64,000 nucleotides of DNA from Chitinophaga pinensis (GTDB lineage: Bacteria > Pseudomonadota > Gammaproteobacteria > Burkholderiales > Burkholderiaceae_C): positions 38,389 through 102,388 of the forward strand of contig CALRRO020000007.1 in the NCBI GenBank assembly GCA_943370595.1, read 5' to 3'. The notes beneath the pieces are model-generated. The model was not told the origin of the DNA and ran no database searches. It saw nothing but the letters and a program-made list of their open reading frames with translations. Each line of letters begins with the position of its first letter. Within the stretch, counting starts at the first letter, position 1. Made by a program: the position numbers and the translations under genes. Below, piece by piece: positions 19,239-33,213 of this stretch.

Positions 19239-19350
19239 GGGAATGCTCCTTGGGGTTGAGGGGTGCGGCACGGCGGGTGCGACCGTTCCGACCTGCGTTC
19301 GTCGCCGCCCGCCGCGGCGTCTTACACCCGCCGATCGCCCAGAATGCGCC

Positions 19351-20349
19351 ATGGCCCCGACACCCCTGCGACGCGACGATCCCTGGTACCACGCCCGCCT
19401 GGCCCCGCCCAGCGGCCCGGTGCGCATCGTCATCGACACCGATGCCGCCAACGAGATCGACGACCCCTTCGCCATCGCCTGGGCGCTGAGGGCACCGCAG
19501 CGGCTGCAGGTCGCGGGGGTTTACGCGGCACCCTATTCCTTCGCGCACCGCCGCGCCGAGATGAAGGTGCAGCAGCACCGCCAGTTCGATGCGCCCGGCA
19601 TCGGCATGGAGCACAGCCTGGACGAGATCCGCGCCGTGTTCGCCGCGCTCGGTATCGCCGAGGCGGGGCGCGTGCAGCGCGGCTCGACGCGCTACCTGGC
19701 CTCGCTCGACGCGCCTGAGGCCAGCGAGGCCACGGCGCACCTGATCGCCACCGCGATGGCGACACCGCCGGACGAGCCGCTGTACGTGGTCGCGATCGGC
19801 TGCGTCACCAACATCGCCAACGCGCTGCTGATCGAGCCGGCGATCGCCGAGCGCATCGTCGTCGTCTGGACCAGCGGCTACCCCTCGCACGCGCCGCAGG
19901 TCAACGACTCGTTCAACCTCGAACAGGATCTGCTCGCCTCGCAGTGGCTGCTCGACAGCGGCGTGCCGCACGTCTACCTGCCGGGCTTCCATGTCGGGGC
20001 GCAGCTGCGACTGTCGCTGCCGGAGATGGAGCGCTGGGTGAAGGCGCGCGGGGCCATCGGCGCGCACCTGTTCGATCTCTACACCCACAACCCGCTGTGG
20101 CCGCTGCTGGGCATCGACAGCTTCGAGGCGCACTCCTGGGTCATCTGGGACATCATCAACATCGCCTGGCTGATCGAGCCGGCCTGGGTGCCCAGCAGCC
20201 TCGTGCGCACGCCGCGGCTCGGCGCCGACCGGCGCTGGATCGCCGATGCCACGCGCCATCCGATGCGCGAGGCCCATGCGGTGCAGCGCGATGCCATCTT
20301 CCGCGCCTTCTTCGAGTCCTTGCCACCATCGACGAGCGGCCCACAGTGA
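19351..20349 (+). CDS. Nucleoside hydrolase family protein
   Basis: [11 protein letters not shown] motif; FNL.QD; IWD. Confidence 0.85.
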   Translation: MAPTPLRRDDPWYHARLAPPSGPVRIVIDTDAANEIDDPFAIAWALRAPQRLQVAGVYAAPYSFAHRRAEMKVQQHRQFDAPGIGMEHSLDEIRAVFAALGIAEAGRVQRGSTRYLASLDAPEASEATAHLIATAMATPPDEPLYVVAIGCVTNIANALLIEPAIAERIVVVWTSGYPSHAPQVNDSFNLEQDLLASQWLLDSGVPHVYLPGFHVGAQLRLSLPEMERWVKARGAIGAHLFDLYTHNPLWPLLGIDSFEAHSWVIWDIINIAWLIEPAWVPSSLVRTPRLGADRRWIADATRHPMREAHAVQRDAIFRAFFESLPPSTSGPQ

Positions 20350-20503
20350 CTCCACCGCATCACTTGCGGCGAGTTTCGATCACTTTGCATCTCCAGTCGG
20401 CCGAACGCTGCGCCGAGCCGCCCCGACCTGTGCATTTGGAGCATGGACATCGCGGAAAACCGGTGCACGATGAGGCTCTCACCGAGCAGTACCCAGCGAT
20501 TGC

Positions 20504-23500
20504 ATGCCTGTCGACGCGCCCGCAGCGGACCCCTCGCCGGCCTTCGGCCGCTGGCTGGCGCCGGCTGTTCTGACAGCGGGACTGCTGGTCACCGCGGCAT
20601 TCGCCGTCTGGTCGTGGCAGCGTGAGGCCGACGAGCGCCACAGCCAGTTCGAACGCCGCGTCGACCGCTTCGTGCAGTCGCTCGGCAGCCGCGTGCAGTC
20701 GTACATGGACACTCTGCCGGGCCTGCGGGTGTTCGACGGCTCGGACGTGGTGCTCAACGACGCCGAGTTTGCCCAGTACGTCGAGGCGATCTCGCTGCAG
20801 CGGCGCTTTCCCGGCCTGGCGCTGACCTTCGTCGCCGAGCGCGTGCGCGAAGACCAGCGCGAGCGCTTCATCGCCTCGGTGCGCGAGGACCGCACGCGAT
20901 GGACCGGCGGCCACCCCGGCTTCGACATCCGGCCGGGCGGCGTGCGACCCGAGCACATGGTGATCCGCCATGTTCATCCGCCGGACGACCAGACCTTCGG
21001 CTACGACCTCTACGACACCGCGCAGGCCTACCGCCCCGCGGTGGACGCCGCACTGCGCAGCGGTGGCTACGTGGCGACCGGGCCGATCCTGCTGGCCCGG
21101 GACCGCGAGGGCAAGCTGCTGCCGGCGCTGACCAGCGTCGTCATCCGCGCCGCCACCTACGAGACGGTGCTGCCGCCCGCTTCGCCCGAGGAGCGCGAAC
21201 GCCTCGCCAAGGGCGTGGTCGGCATCGCCTTCCGCACGGTGGAGCTGGTGCGCAGCAGCATCCCGGCGGAGCTGCTGGACGTGCTGCACGTGCGCATCCA
21301 CGACGTGCAGGCGCAGGGCGAGGGCCGGCCGGCGACGGTGTTCGACACCGACTGGCTCGGCCCCGGCAGGACACGCCGCGACGATGCCGCCACGCAGCGG
21401 CTGACGCTGGAGGTGGCCGACCGGCGCTGGGAGATCGACGTCGGCCTGCAGCAAGGCGCGGCCGCCGGCGGCATCGAGAGCGCCACCGCGCTGGCGCTGC
21501 TGCTGGGCGTGCTGCTGTCGGCCGCATTGGCCGCGGTGACGCACACCCTGGTTCGAAGCAACGCTGCGCGGGCCCGCGAGGTGCGCGAAGCCACGGCGCA
21601 GCTGCAGGCGGAGAAGCGCAGCGTCGAGCAGAGCGAGCAACGCTTCCGGCTGCTGTTCGAGAAGAGCATGGACGCGGTACTGCGCACCAGCACCGACGGC
21701 CGCGTGCTCGCCGCCAACCCGGCCGCCTGTGCGCTGTTCGGCGCCGACGAGCCGCGCCTGTGCGCGCTCGGCCGCGCGGGCCTGGTCGATGCGTCGGACC
21801 CGCGCCTGCCGGCGCTGCTGGCCGAGCGCGAGCGCAGCGGCAGTGTCTCCGGCCAGTTGCGCATGCGGCGCACCGACGGCAGCCTGTTCGAGGCCGAGCT
21901 GTCGTCGACGACCTACCGCGACGACGACGGCAGCTCGATCAGCAGCCTGATCGTGCGCGACGTCACCGACCGCGAGCGCGCCACGGCGCAGCAGGCCGAG
22001 CTGACGTCCATCCTGGACGCCACGCCCGACTTCGTCGGCTCGGCCTCGACGGACGGCCAGCTGACCTTCCTGAACCGGGCGGCCCGCCGCATGCTGGGCC
22101 TGGCGGCCGATGCCGACCTGGCCGGGTTCCACTTCTCGAACTGCCATCCGCCGTGGGCCGTGCGCACCATCGTCGAGGTCGGCCTGCCCGCTGCCCGACG
22201 CGCCGGCGTGTGGGCCGGGCAGATGGCGATCTCCTGTGCCGACGGGCGCGAGATCCCGGTCTCGCAGGTCATCATCTGCCACCGCAATGCCCAGGGCGAA
22301 GTCAGCCGCTTCTCGACGGTGGCCCGCGACCTCAGCGACCTGCACGCCGCGCAGGCCCAGCAGCGCGAGCTGCAGACGCGGCTGCAGGAGGCGCAGAAGA
22401 TGGAGTCGATCGGCACGCTGGCCGGCGGCGTGGCGCACGACTTCAACAACGTGCTGGCAGCCATCCTCGGCAACCTGAGCATCGCGCGCGAGGACCTGGC
22501 CGCCGACCACCCGGTGCAGCGCCCGCTGGGGCTGGTCAACCAGGCCGCGCTGCGGGCGCGCTCGCTGGTGCAGCAGATCCTCGCCTTCAGCCGCCGGCTG
22601 CCGCAGGAGCGCGAGGTCCAGCCGCTGACGCCGCTGGTGGAGGAGTCGGTCGCGCTGCTGCGCGCGACGCTGCCGGCGTCGGTGCGGCTCGACCTGCACC
22701 TGCCGGCGGAGCCCTTGTTCGCCGAAGTCGATGCGGCGCAGATCCAGCAGGTGCTGCTCAACCTGTGCACCAACGCCTGGCAGGCCCTGCCGGGCCAGGC
22801 CGGGCACATCAGCGTCGAGCTGGCGGTCGCCACAGGCGACGCTGCAGGCCGGCCGACGGCCGGCCAGGCGCGGCTGCGCGTCGCCGACGACGGCTGCGGC
22901 ATGGACGAGGCCACACGCGCGCGCATCTTCGAACCCTTCTTCACCACCAAGCCGGTCGGCCAGGGCACCGGCCTGGGCCTGGCGGTGGTGCACGGCATCG
23001 TCACGGCCAGCGGCGGCCGCATCGAGGTCGACAGTGCGCCGGGCCGCGGCACCCGCATCGACGTCTTCCTGCCCTTGCGCCAGCCCGCCGCGACGGATGG
23101 CAGTGCCTCGCCGGTCGCGCCGCCGGCGCCCGGGCGCGGCCATGGCGAGCGCATCCTGCTGGTCGACGACGACGATGTGGTCGGCCTGACGACCGAGGCG
23201 CTGCTGCAGCGTGCCGGCTACCGCGTCACCCGCGTCGACAACGGCCTGGCCGCCATCGAGACGGTGCGCGAGGACCCGCAGGCCCATGCGCTGGTGATCA
23301 CCGACTACAACATGCCCGGCCTGTCGGGCCTGGCGGTGGCCGAGCAGATCGCCGCCTTCGCGCCGCAGCTGCCGGTGCTGATCACCTCGGGCTATGTCAC
23401 CGAGGAGCTGCTGTCGCGCGCCCGCACGCTTGGCGTGCGCGGCGTGCTGCTCAAGGAGCACAGCCTGGAGCGGCTGGCCGGCCTGGTCGGCGAGGCGCTG

Positions 23501-23527
23501 GCCGCGGCGCCGCTCAGTCCGGGCTGA
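20504..23527 (+). CDS. Hybrid sensor kinase CHASE-PAS-PAS-HisKA-HATPase-REC
   Basis: TM-CHASE-TM; AHDFNN H-box; NLCTNA, DDGCG, FFTTK, GTGLGL; REC with LVDDD and TDYNMP. Confidence 0.93.
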   Translation: MPVDAPAADPSPAFGRWLAPAVLTAGLLVTAAFAVWSWQREADERHSQFERRVDRFVQSLGSRVQSYMDTLPGLRVFDGSDVVLNDAEFAQYVEAISLQRRFPGLALTFVAERVREDQRERFIASVREDRTRWTGGHPGFDIRPGGVRPEHMVIRHVHPPDDQTFGYDLYDTAQAYRPAVDAALRSGGYVATGPILLARDREGKLLPALTSVVIRAATYETVLPPASPEERERLAKGVVGIAFRTVELVRSSIPAELLDVLHVRIHDVQAQGEGRPATVFDTDWLGPGRTRRDDAATQRLTLEVADRRWEIDVGLQQGAAAGGIESATALALLLGVLLSAALAAVTHTLVRSNAARAREVREATAQLQAEKRSVEQSEQRFRLLFEKSMDAVLRTSTDGRVLAANPAACALFGADEPRLCALGRAGLVDASDPRLPALLAERERSGSVSGQLRMRRTDGSLFEAELSSTTYRDDDGSSISSLIVRDVTDRERATAQQAELTSILDATPDFVGSASTDGQLTFLNRAARRMLGLAADADLAGFHFSNCHPPWAVRTIVEVGLPAARRAGVWAGQMAISCADGREIPVSQVIICHRNAQGEVSRFSTVARDLSDLHAAQAQQRELQTRLQEAQKMESIGTLAGGVAHDFNNVLAAILGNLSIAREDLAADHPVQRPLGLVNQAALRARSLVQQILAFSRRLPQEREVQPLTPLVEESVALLRATLPASVRLDLHLPAEPLFAEVDAAQIQQVLLNLCTNAWQALPGQAGHISVELAVATGDAAGRPTAGQARLRVADDGCGMDEATRARIFEPFFTTKPVGQGTGLGLAVVHGIVTASGGRIEVDSAPGRGTRIDVFLPLRQPAATDGSASPVAPPAPGRGHGERILLVDDDDVVGLTTEALLQRAGYRVTRVDNGLAAIETVREDPQAHALVITDYNMPGLSGLAVAEQIAAFAPQLPVLITSGYVTEELLSRARTLGVRGVLLKEHSLERLAGLVGEALAAAPLSPG

Positions 23528-23549
23528 CGCCGCAGCGGAGCGCAGCCGT

Positions 23550-24134
23550 TCACCGCGCTGGCGGCAACAAACCCCTCAGCCCCTGCGCCAGTTCCGCCGC
23601 CTGCCAGACCGCGATGCGCTGCTGCGCCGCGAAGGGCACGGCGTTCTCGCTCAGTTCGCCCAGGCCGATGTAGAGCGCATCGGTCGCCTCGGCACCTTCG
23701 CGCGCCGCCTGCAGCGCCCGCAGCGACTCCAGGCCGGTGCGTGCCGATTTCCAGCGCTTCGCGCTGACCAGCATGCGCCGGCCCTGGCGCTCCAGTTCGA
23801 AGTCGTAGGCTGCATGCTGGTGGCGCCGCACGGTGTAGCCATCACGTGCGAACGCCTGTTCGAGCAGCGCGGCGAACTGCGCCCACGACATGGTCGCCAG
23901 AGCCGCCTGCGCGCGCTCCACCTGGGCCGTGCTGGGCCGGTTCCATTGCTTGACCAGGGCCATCACGCCGATCACCAGGAACGGAAAGCCGGAGACCGCG
24001 CCGGCCACGCGCCAGCCCTCGGGCAGCAACGCCGACATCACCCCACCGATCGCCACCGCGATGACGATGCTGATCCACCACGGCGAGCGCAGCAGGATCG
24101 CGAACAGCGAGTTCTTGGCCATCTGGAACTTCAC
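23550..24134 (-). CDS. Membrane-anchored Mrr-like restriction endonuclease domain protein
   Basis: Two N-terminal TM helices; FAALLEQAF.R.GY.V; YDFEL...LVSAKRWK. Confidence 0.75.
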   Translation of the reverse strand: MKFQMAKNSLFAILLRSPWWISIVIAVAIGGVMSALLPEGWRVAGAVSGFPFLVIGVMALVKQWNRPSTAQVERAQAALATMSWAQFAALLEQAFARDGYTVRRHQHAAYDFELERQGRRMLVSAKRWKSARTGLESLRALQAAREGAEATDALYIGLGELSENAVPFAAQQRIAVWQAAELAQGLRGLLPPAR

Positions 24135-24167
24135 GCGGGGGTCTCCTCGGGATGCGAGCGCGCGAGT

Positions 24168-25199
24168 CTATCCGCCGAGTGCGTCCAGTTCGTCGATGAC
24201 CCTGGCCACGCCTTCGGGCGACAGGTAGTGGTCGACGCGGCCGCGCACATGCGCGATCAGCGCCGCCTCGCTGCGCTCGCCCGACCAGTCCTCGCCGTCG
24301 CCACCGGCCCGCGCCTCGCGCGAGGACAGCACGCGCCACTTGGCGCACCAGGTGATCGACCACAGCCACATCGCGCTGCGCAAGGGCAGCAGGTCGTCGT
24401 GCCAGGCGCCGGCACCGTCGCAGCGCGATTGCCAGCGCGCATGGAAGGCCCGCACATCCGCCAGCGACAACTCCGCCGACGAGGCCACGTCCCAGGTCGT
24501 CGAGGTGTAGAGCGTGGCATGCGCCAGGTCCAGCGGCGGCAGGCCGTAGCGGGCCTTCTCCAGATCGACCAGCACGGCGCGTCCGCCCTGGTCGACGAGG
24601 AAGTTGCCGGGGTGCGCATCGAAGGCGATCAGGCGCCGGGGCGGCCGGCCCGGCCGCTCGCAGCGTGCGGCCAGCGCGGCCCGGCGCGCGTCGATGGCCC
24701 GGCGGCTCGCCGGGTCGATCTGCGCGGCGTCGAGGAACATGGCCTGAACCTCGATCTCGTCGCGCAGATCGGCGAGTGGGTCGGCTGCGTCGAGCAGCGG
24801 CGCACGCGCGTCGCGCTCGGGCACGGGCAGCGAGTGGATGGCGGCGAGCGCATCGGCCAGCGCATGAAGATCCTGCGGCAGCCGCACCGGCACCCCGTGG
24901 ATCTCCTCCACCAGCAGCGCGCCACGCGGCAACACGGTCGAGGGCGGCAGCATGCCGCGCAGCCGTGGCGCATGGCCGCTGGCTGACGCGCGCTCGAAAC
25001 AGGCGGCCTGGTAGGCGAGGTTGGCGGCGGCGGGCAGGTCCATCTGGCTCTGCTTCGGGATGCGTGCCAGCACCCCGGCGCCGACCAGCCGCAGGTGGGC
25101 ATGCGCGAGACCGCTGTCCGGCAGGACTTCGATCGGCGCATCGGCCCAGGGCGAGCGCAGATCGCGCAGCGCCGCGCGCAGGGCGTCGACCAGGCTCAC
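24168..25199 (-). CDS. APH/choline-kinase-like phosphotransferase
   Basis: AFDAHPGNF (Brenner-like) and VDLEK motifs; GTG start overlaps upstream stop. Confidence 0.8.
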   Translation of the reverse strand: MSLVDALRAALRDLRSPWADAPIEVLPDSGLAHAHLRLVGAGVLARIPKQSQMDLPAAANLAYQAACFERASASGHAPRLRGMLPPSTVLPRGALLVEEIHGVPVRLPQDLHALADALAAIHSLPVPERDARAPLLDAADPLADLRDEIEVQAMFLDAAQIDPASRRAIDARRAALAARCERPGRPPRRLIAFDAHPGNFLVDQGGRAVLVDLEKARYGLPPLDLAHATLYTSTTWDVASSAELSLADVRAFHARWQSRCDGAGAWHDDLLPLRSAMWLWSITWCAKWRVLSSREARAGGDGEDWSGERSEAALIAHVRGRVDHYLSPEGVARVIDELDALGG

Positions 25200-25831
25200 A
25201 GCCAGCCTCGCCCGGCCAGATGAACCAGGTCGGCCGGCTCGTCGATATCGTGCAGCGGGGGCAGCTCGTGCCAGCGAAGGCCGCCTTCGCGCAGGCGCTC
25301 GCGCGTGACCGCCATCACCTGCGCGGTGCTCCACGGCATCGCTTCGAACAAGCGAGACCAGCGCGGCGCGGCGCGGCGCAGGCCGATCAGTGCGTAGCCG
25401 CCGTCGTGCGCCGGTGCGAACACGGCGTCGTGCGTGGCCAGCGCCTCGGCCGCCGCGCGCAGCGCCGCGGCGTCGAGATCGGGCGCATCGGTGCCGATGA
25501 GCACGGCACGCTCGTTCGTCGCCAGCGCCCGCTCGAAGGCACGGTGCATGCGCGCGCCGAGATCGCCGTCGCCCTGGGGATACAGCGCCAGGCCGCCGTC
25601 CTCCGCAAGGCGGGCGAACGCCGGGTGAGACACGTCCGGCGCACCGCACAGCATCACCGGGCCGACGCTCGCGGCTCGCGCCTCGCCCACGGCGTGCATC
25701 AGCATGCGTGCCGCCAGCGCCGCGGCGCCCTCGGCACACAGCGCAGGGATCAGGCGCGTCTTCGCCAGGCCCGCCACCGGCGCCTTGGCCATGACGATCA
25801 CTGCGCAATGCGGGTCGTTCAGCGGTACCAC
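25196..25831 (-). CDS. TIGR04282-like (DUF2064, CofC-like) transferase
   Basis: MAKAP..G.AKTRL, QGDGDLG.RM, IGTDAPDL, PA.DGGY.LIG, DID.PADL. Confidence 0.9.
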   Translation of the reverse strand: MVPLNDPHCAVIVMAKAPVAGLAKTRLIPALCAEGAAALAARMLMHAVGEARAASVGPVMLCGAPDVSHPAFARLAEDGGLALYPQGDGDLGARMHRAFERALATNERAVLIGTDAPDLDAAALRAAAEALATHDAVFAPAHDGGYALIGLRRAAPRWSRLFEAMPWSTAQVMAVTRERLREGGLRWHELPPLHDIDEPADLVHLAGRGWL

Positions 25832-26499
25832 GGGGCCAGTCTATCGGCGCTCACGCCGAGCGCGTAGAGCAGCCGCAGGCGCCACATCAGAAGAATGGTG
25901 CGCCACACGCCGCGCTGCTCCCAGCGGCGGCCGGAGGTGATCACCCGTTCGTGCAGGCAGACTGGCGCGACCATCCGCTTGAGGCGGATCGACAGCTCGA
26001 TGTCTTCCATCAACGGTTGCTCGGGAAAGCCGCCGACGGCGTCGAACGCATCGCGGGTCATGAACATCGCCTGGTCACCGGTGGCGATGCCGCTCCAGCG
26101 CGAGCGCAGGTTCATCAACGTGGCCACCACGGGCAGCCAGGCCGAGCGGCCTTCGATGATCACGTCGAAGCGGCCCCAGGCCTGCGCCTGCGCGGCGAGC
26201 GCAGCGGCGACGAGCGCATCGGCCCGCTCCGGCAGGCGCGTGTCGGCATGCAGGAAAAGCAGCTGCGGCGCACTCGCCACCGCTGCACCGGCGTTCATCT
26301 GCCGCGCTCGGCCGCGCGGGCCGTCGACGATGTGGTCGGCCAGCGGTCGCGCGAGCGCCACCGTGTCGTCGCGGCTGCCGCCGTCGACGACGATGACTTC
26401 GACACCGCGCTCGCGCAGCGGCGCCAATGCACGCAGCGTCGCCTCGATGCCCGCAGCCTCGTTCAGCACCGGCACCACGATACTCAACGAGGCCGTCAC
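25819..26499 (-). CDS. TIGR04283-like family 2 glycosyltransferase
   Basis: SIVVPVLNE, VDGGSRD, GRARQMNAGA, FLHADT, GDQ, MEDIE, SGRRW. Confidence 0.92.
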   Translation of the reverse strand: MTASLSIVVPVLNEAAGIEATLRALAPLRERGVEVIVVDGGSRDDTVALARPLADHIVDGPRGRARQMNAGAAVASAPQLLFLHADTRLPERADALVAAALAAQAQAWGRFDVIIEGRSAWLPVVATLMNLRSRWSGIATGDQAMFMTRDAFDAVGGFPEQPLMEDIELSIRLKRMVAPVCLHERVITSGRRWEQRGVWRTILLMWRLRLLYALGVSADRLAPWYR

Positions 26500-27275
26500 G
26501 CCGGCCTCGCGATGCGCCGCTGCGACAGCGCGTACAGGCCGATCGCCACCGCCAGCGCAGCGCACCAGGCGGCGGCATAGGCGGCCGCCGTCGGCCACGC
26601 GGCGAGCCCGAGGTAGAGGACCACGAAGAAGGCACCGAAACCCGACAGCCCGCGCACGAAGCCGCGCAGCAGCGCCACCGTGGCGGCGCTGCCGTAGCGC
26701 GGCAGCGTGAAGCAGGGCAGCACGTTGCCGGTGATGGGCACGGCCAGCAGCAGGCCGCTGAACCAGGCCGGTGCCACGCCGGCGCTGCGGATGATCAGCC
26801 AGGCCACCGCCACTGCGGCGATGACGCGGCAGGCCAGTTCCACCTGCGGGATCGCCACCGCGCCGGGCACGACCGGCAGGCGCGGCATCAGCCGGCCGCC
26901 GATGGCGAGCACGGCCAGCGCCACCACGCAGGCCAGCACGGGCGGCAGGTGCAGCAGCGGCAGCAGCGAGCCCAGCCCGAAGAAGGCGATGTTGGCCATC
27001 GCGAGGGCCACCCACCACGGCCAACGCATCGAACTCCAGGCGAACACGACCAGGTGCGCGACGGTGGCTGGAAGGCAGACCAGCGTGGCCAGCGCGATGT
27101 CGCGCACGCTCCCGGTCGCGGTCTGCAGCAGCACGAAGCCCATGATCGGCCCGGCGATCATCGGCAGGCCGGCCAGCGTGCCGCCCACCGCATGGCCGAA
27201 GCGCCGTGCCGCCAGCGAGGAGAGCAGCGCCGACGCGGCGACCAGCAGCAGCTTCAGCAGCAGCGTCGGCAGCAT
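26496..27275 (-). CDS. Uncharacterised polytopic membrane protein
   Basis: About 8 hydrophobic segments, internally repeated G...G.L.A.P pattern. Confidence 0.75.
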   Translation of the reverse strand: MLPTLLLKLLLVAASALLSSLAARRFGHAVGGTLAGLPMIAGPIMGFVLLQTATGSVRDIALATLVCLPATVAHLVVFAWSSMRWPWWVALAMANIAFFGLGSLLPLLHLPPVLACVVALAVLAIGGRLMPRLPVVPGAVAIPQVELACRVIAAVAVAWLIIRSAGVAPAWFSGLLLAVPITGNVLPCFTLPRYGSAATVALLRGFVRGLSGFGAFFVVLYLGLAAWPTAAAYAAAWCAALAVAIGLYALSQRRIARPA

Positions 27276-27284
27276 CGAATCGGG

Positions 27285-30901
<3,617 letters not shown>

Positions 30902-30905
<4 letters not shown>

Positions 30906-31882
30906 GACGTGCTCGATGAATGGTACGGGATGAAGATGGCGTTCGCCTGCGGGCCGACTTCGCGGATCCACTCCAGCGCGAAACGCTCGCCCAGCCGGCG
31001 CAGGTGCAACGCCAGCGGCGGGGCCGGCAGCTCGACCTTGACGCCATGGCGGCGCAGTTCGTCCACCGAGTCGCGCGCCGCCTGCCGGCTGGCCGCCCAG
31101 CCGCGCGCCTCGGCCTGTGGTGCGCTGGCGAGCAGCGCGTCGCGCGCCGCCGCCGGCAGCGAGCGCAGCGCGGCCTCGCCGACGAAGACCGCGTTCTTCG
31201 GGAACCAGGCGTTGATCTCGTAGAAGTACTTGAGGCCGTCCCAGACGCGGTTCTCCACGCCGGTGACGGCCGAGGTGATCATCGTGTCGATGCGCCCTTC
31301 CGCCACCGCGCGGCCGACGTCGACCATCGCCACGTCCACCGGCACGGCGCCGAGCAGCTCGGCGATGCGCACGGTGGTGGCGTTGTAGGTGCGCATGCGC
31401 AGGCCGCGCAGGTCCTGCACCGAGGCAACCGGTTTGGTGCAGTACAGCCCCTGCGGCGGCCAGGGCACGGCGAACAGCAGCTGCAGCCCGCGCGCCGCGA
31501 ATGCCGGCTCGACCAGCGGCCGCTGGTGCAGCCACAGGCGCTGCGCGTCCTCGTAGTGGCGCGTCACGAAGGGCACGGCGTCGGCGCCGGCGATCGGCAT
31601 CTCCTTGGCCAGCCCGGTCATGATGACCTCGCCCATCTCGGCACGACCCTCGCGCACCGCCGCCGGGATCTGCGCCAGCGGCGCCAGGCTGCCGTTGGGC
31701 TGCAGCTCGATGCGCAGCGCCCCGCCGGTGGCCTGCTCGACCTGGCGTGCCCAGGCCTGCAGGTTCTGGCCGTGGAAGGATTCGGCGCGGTAGCCGGTGG
31801 CCAGCCGCCACGTCGAGGCCGCGAGGGCCTTCGAGGTCAGCAGCGCCCCTGCCGCGCCCTGCAGCATCGTTCGTCTGAGCAT
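30902..31882 (-). CDS. dctP: TRAP substrate-binding protein DctP, divergent paralog
   Basis: PWPPQG, GLRMR, AWFPKN; RR-type signal. Confidence 0.88.
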
Positions 31883-31904
31883 GGTGTCTCCTCGGGTCGC
31901 GCCG

Positions 31905-33197
31905 CTACATGCGCGACGGCATCCAGGTGGCAATGCCGGGCACGAACCACAGCAGCAGCACGAAGCCGAGCATCAGGAAGAACAGCGGCATCGAGCGGCC
32001 GGCGATCCAGGTGATGTCGCGCCTCGTCAGGCCCTGCAGCACGAAGAGGTTGAAGCCCACCGGCGGCGTGATCTGCGCCAGCTCGACGACCAGCACCACG
32101 AAGATGCCGAACCAGATCAGGTCGAAGCCGGCCTTCTGCACCGTGGGCATCAGCACCGCCATCGTCAGCACCACCATCGAGATGCCGTCGAGGAAGCAGC
32201 CGAGCACGATGAAGAAGGCCACCAGCATCAGCATCAGCGCGAAGGGGCTGAGGTTCAGGCCGCCGATGAACTCGGCCAGCTGCCGCGGCAGGCCGATGAA
32301 GCCCATCGCCAGCGTGAGGAAGGCGGCACCGGCGAGGATCAGGCCGATCATGCAGTAGACGCGCGTGGCCGCCGCCAGGCCCTCGCGCAGCGCCTTCCAG
32401 CTCAGCGAGCCCTCCACCGCGGCCAGGCCCAGCGAGCCGGCCACGCCCAGCGCGGCAGCCTCGGTGGCGGTGGCTACGCCGGTGTAGATGGAGCCCAGCA
32501 CCACCGCGATCAGCGTGACCACCGGAATCAGGTGGCGCGACTCGCGCAGCCGCGCCGCCAGCGGCAGCGGCGCATCGGCCGGCGGCACCTGCTCGGGGTG
32601 GCGCAGCGCCCAGACCACGATGTAGCCCATGAAGACCAGCGCGAGCAGGATGCCCGGCAGCACGCCCGCGATGAACAGCTTGGCGATCGAGACGTTGGCC
32701 GCCACGCCGTAGACGATCATGATGATCGAGGGCGGAATCAAGAGGCCCAGCGTGCCGGCTCCGGCCAGCGTGCCCACCGCCATGCCGTCCGGGTAGCCGC
32801 GTCGCTTCAGCTCGGGCAGGGTGATCTTGCCGATGGTCGCGCAGGTGGCCGCACTCGAGCCCGACACTGCGGCGAAGATCGCGCATCCGATCACGTTGGT
32901 GTGCAGCAGCCGGCCGGGCAGGCGGTTGATCCAGGGCGCGAGGCCGCGGAACATGCTCTCCGACAGCCGGGTGCGGAACAGGATCTCGCCCATCCACAGG
33001 AACAGCGGCAGCGCGGTCAGCGTCCAGCTCGAGGTGGAGCCCCAGATGGTCAGCATCATGCTGTCGCCCACCGGCCGCTGGGTGAAGAACTCCATCGCCA
33101 CCACGGCCACGCCGAGCAGGGCCAGGCCGATCCACAGCCCGGAGCCGAGCACGGCCAGCAGCAGCACGATCAGGAAGACGGTGATCAGCAGGTCCAT
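31905..33197 (-). CDS. dctM: TRAP large permease
   Basis: LPLFLWMGE, SGSSAAT, LIPPSI, TPPVG.NL. Confidence 0.93.
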   Translation of the reverse strand: MDLLITVFLIVLLLAVLGSGLWIGLALLGVAVVAMEFFTQRPVGDSMMLTIWGSTSSWTLTALPLFLWMGEILFRTRLSESMFRGLAPWINRLPGRLLHTNVIGCAIFAAVSGSSAATCATIGKITLPELKRRGYPDGMAVGTLAGAGTLGLLIPPSIIMIVYGVAANVSIAKLFIAGVLPGILLALVFMGYIVVWALRHPEQVPPADAPLPLAARLRESRHLIPVVTLIAVVLGSIYTGVATATEAAALGVAGSLGLAAVEGSLSWKALREGLAAATRVYCMIGLILAGAAFLTLAMGFIGLPRQLAEFIGGLNLSPFALMLMLVAFFIVLGCFLDGISMVVLTMAVLMPTVQKAGFDLIWFGIFVVLVVELAQITPPVGFNLFVLQGLTRRDITWIAGRSMPLFFLMLGFVLLLWFVPGIATWMPSRM

Positions 33198-33213
33198 GGC
33201 CGCGCTCCGGGTG

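Noticed and set aside
9273-26499. Selenoneine or complete arsenosugar cluster
   Set aside because: No SelD, SenA/SenB, ArsS radical SAM or ArsM in the window
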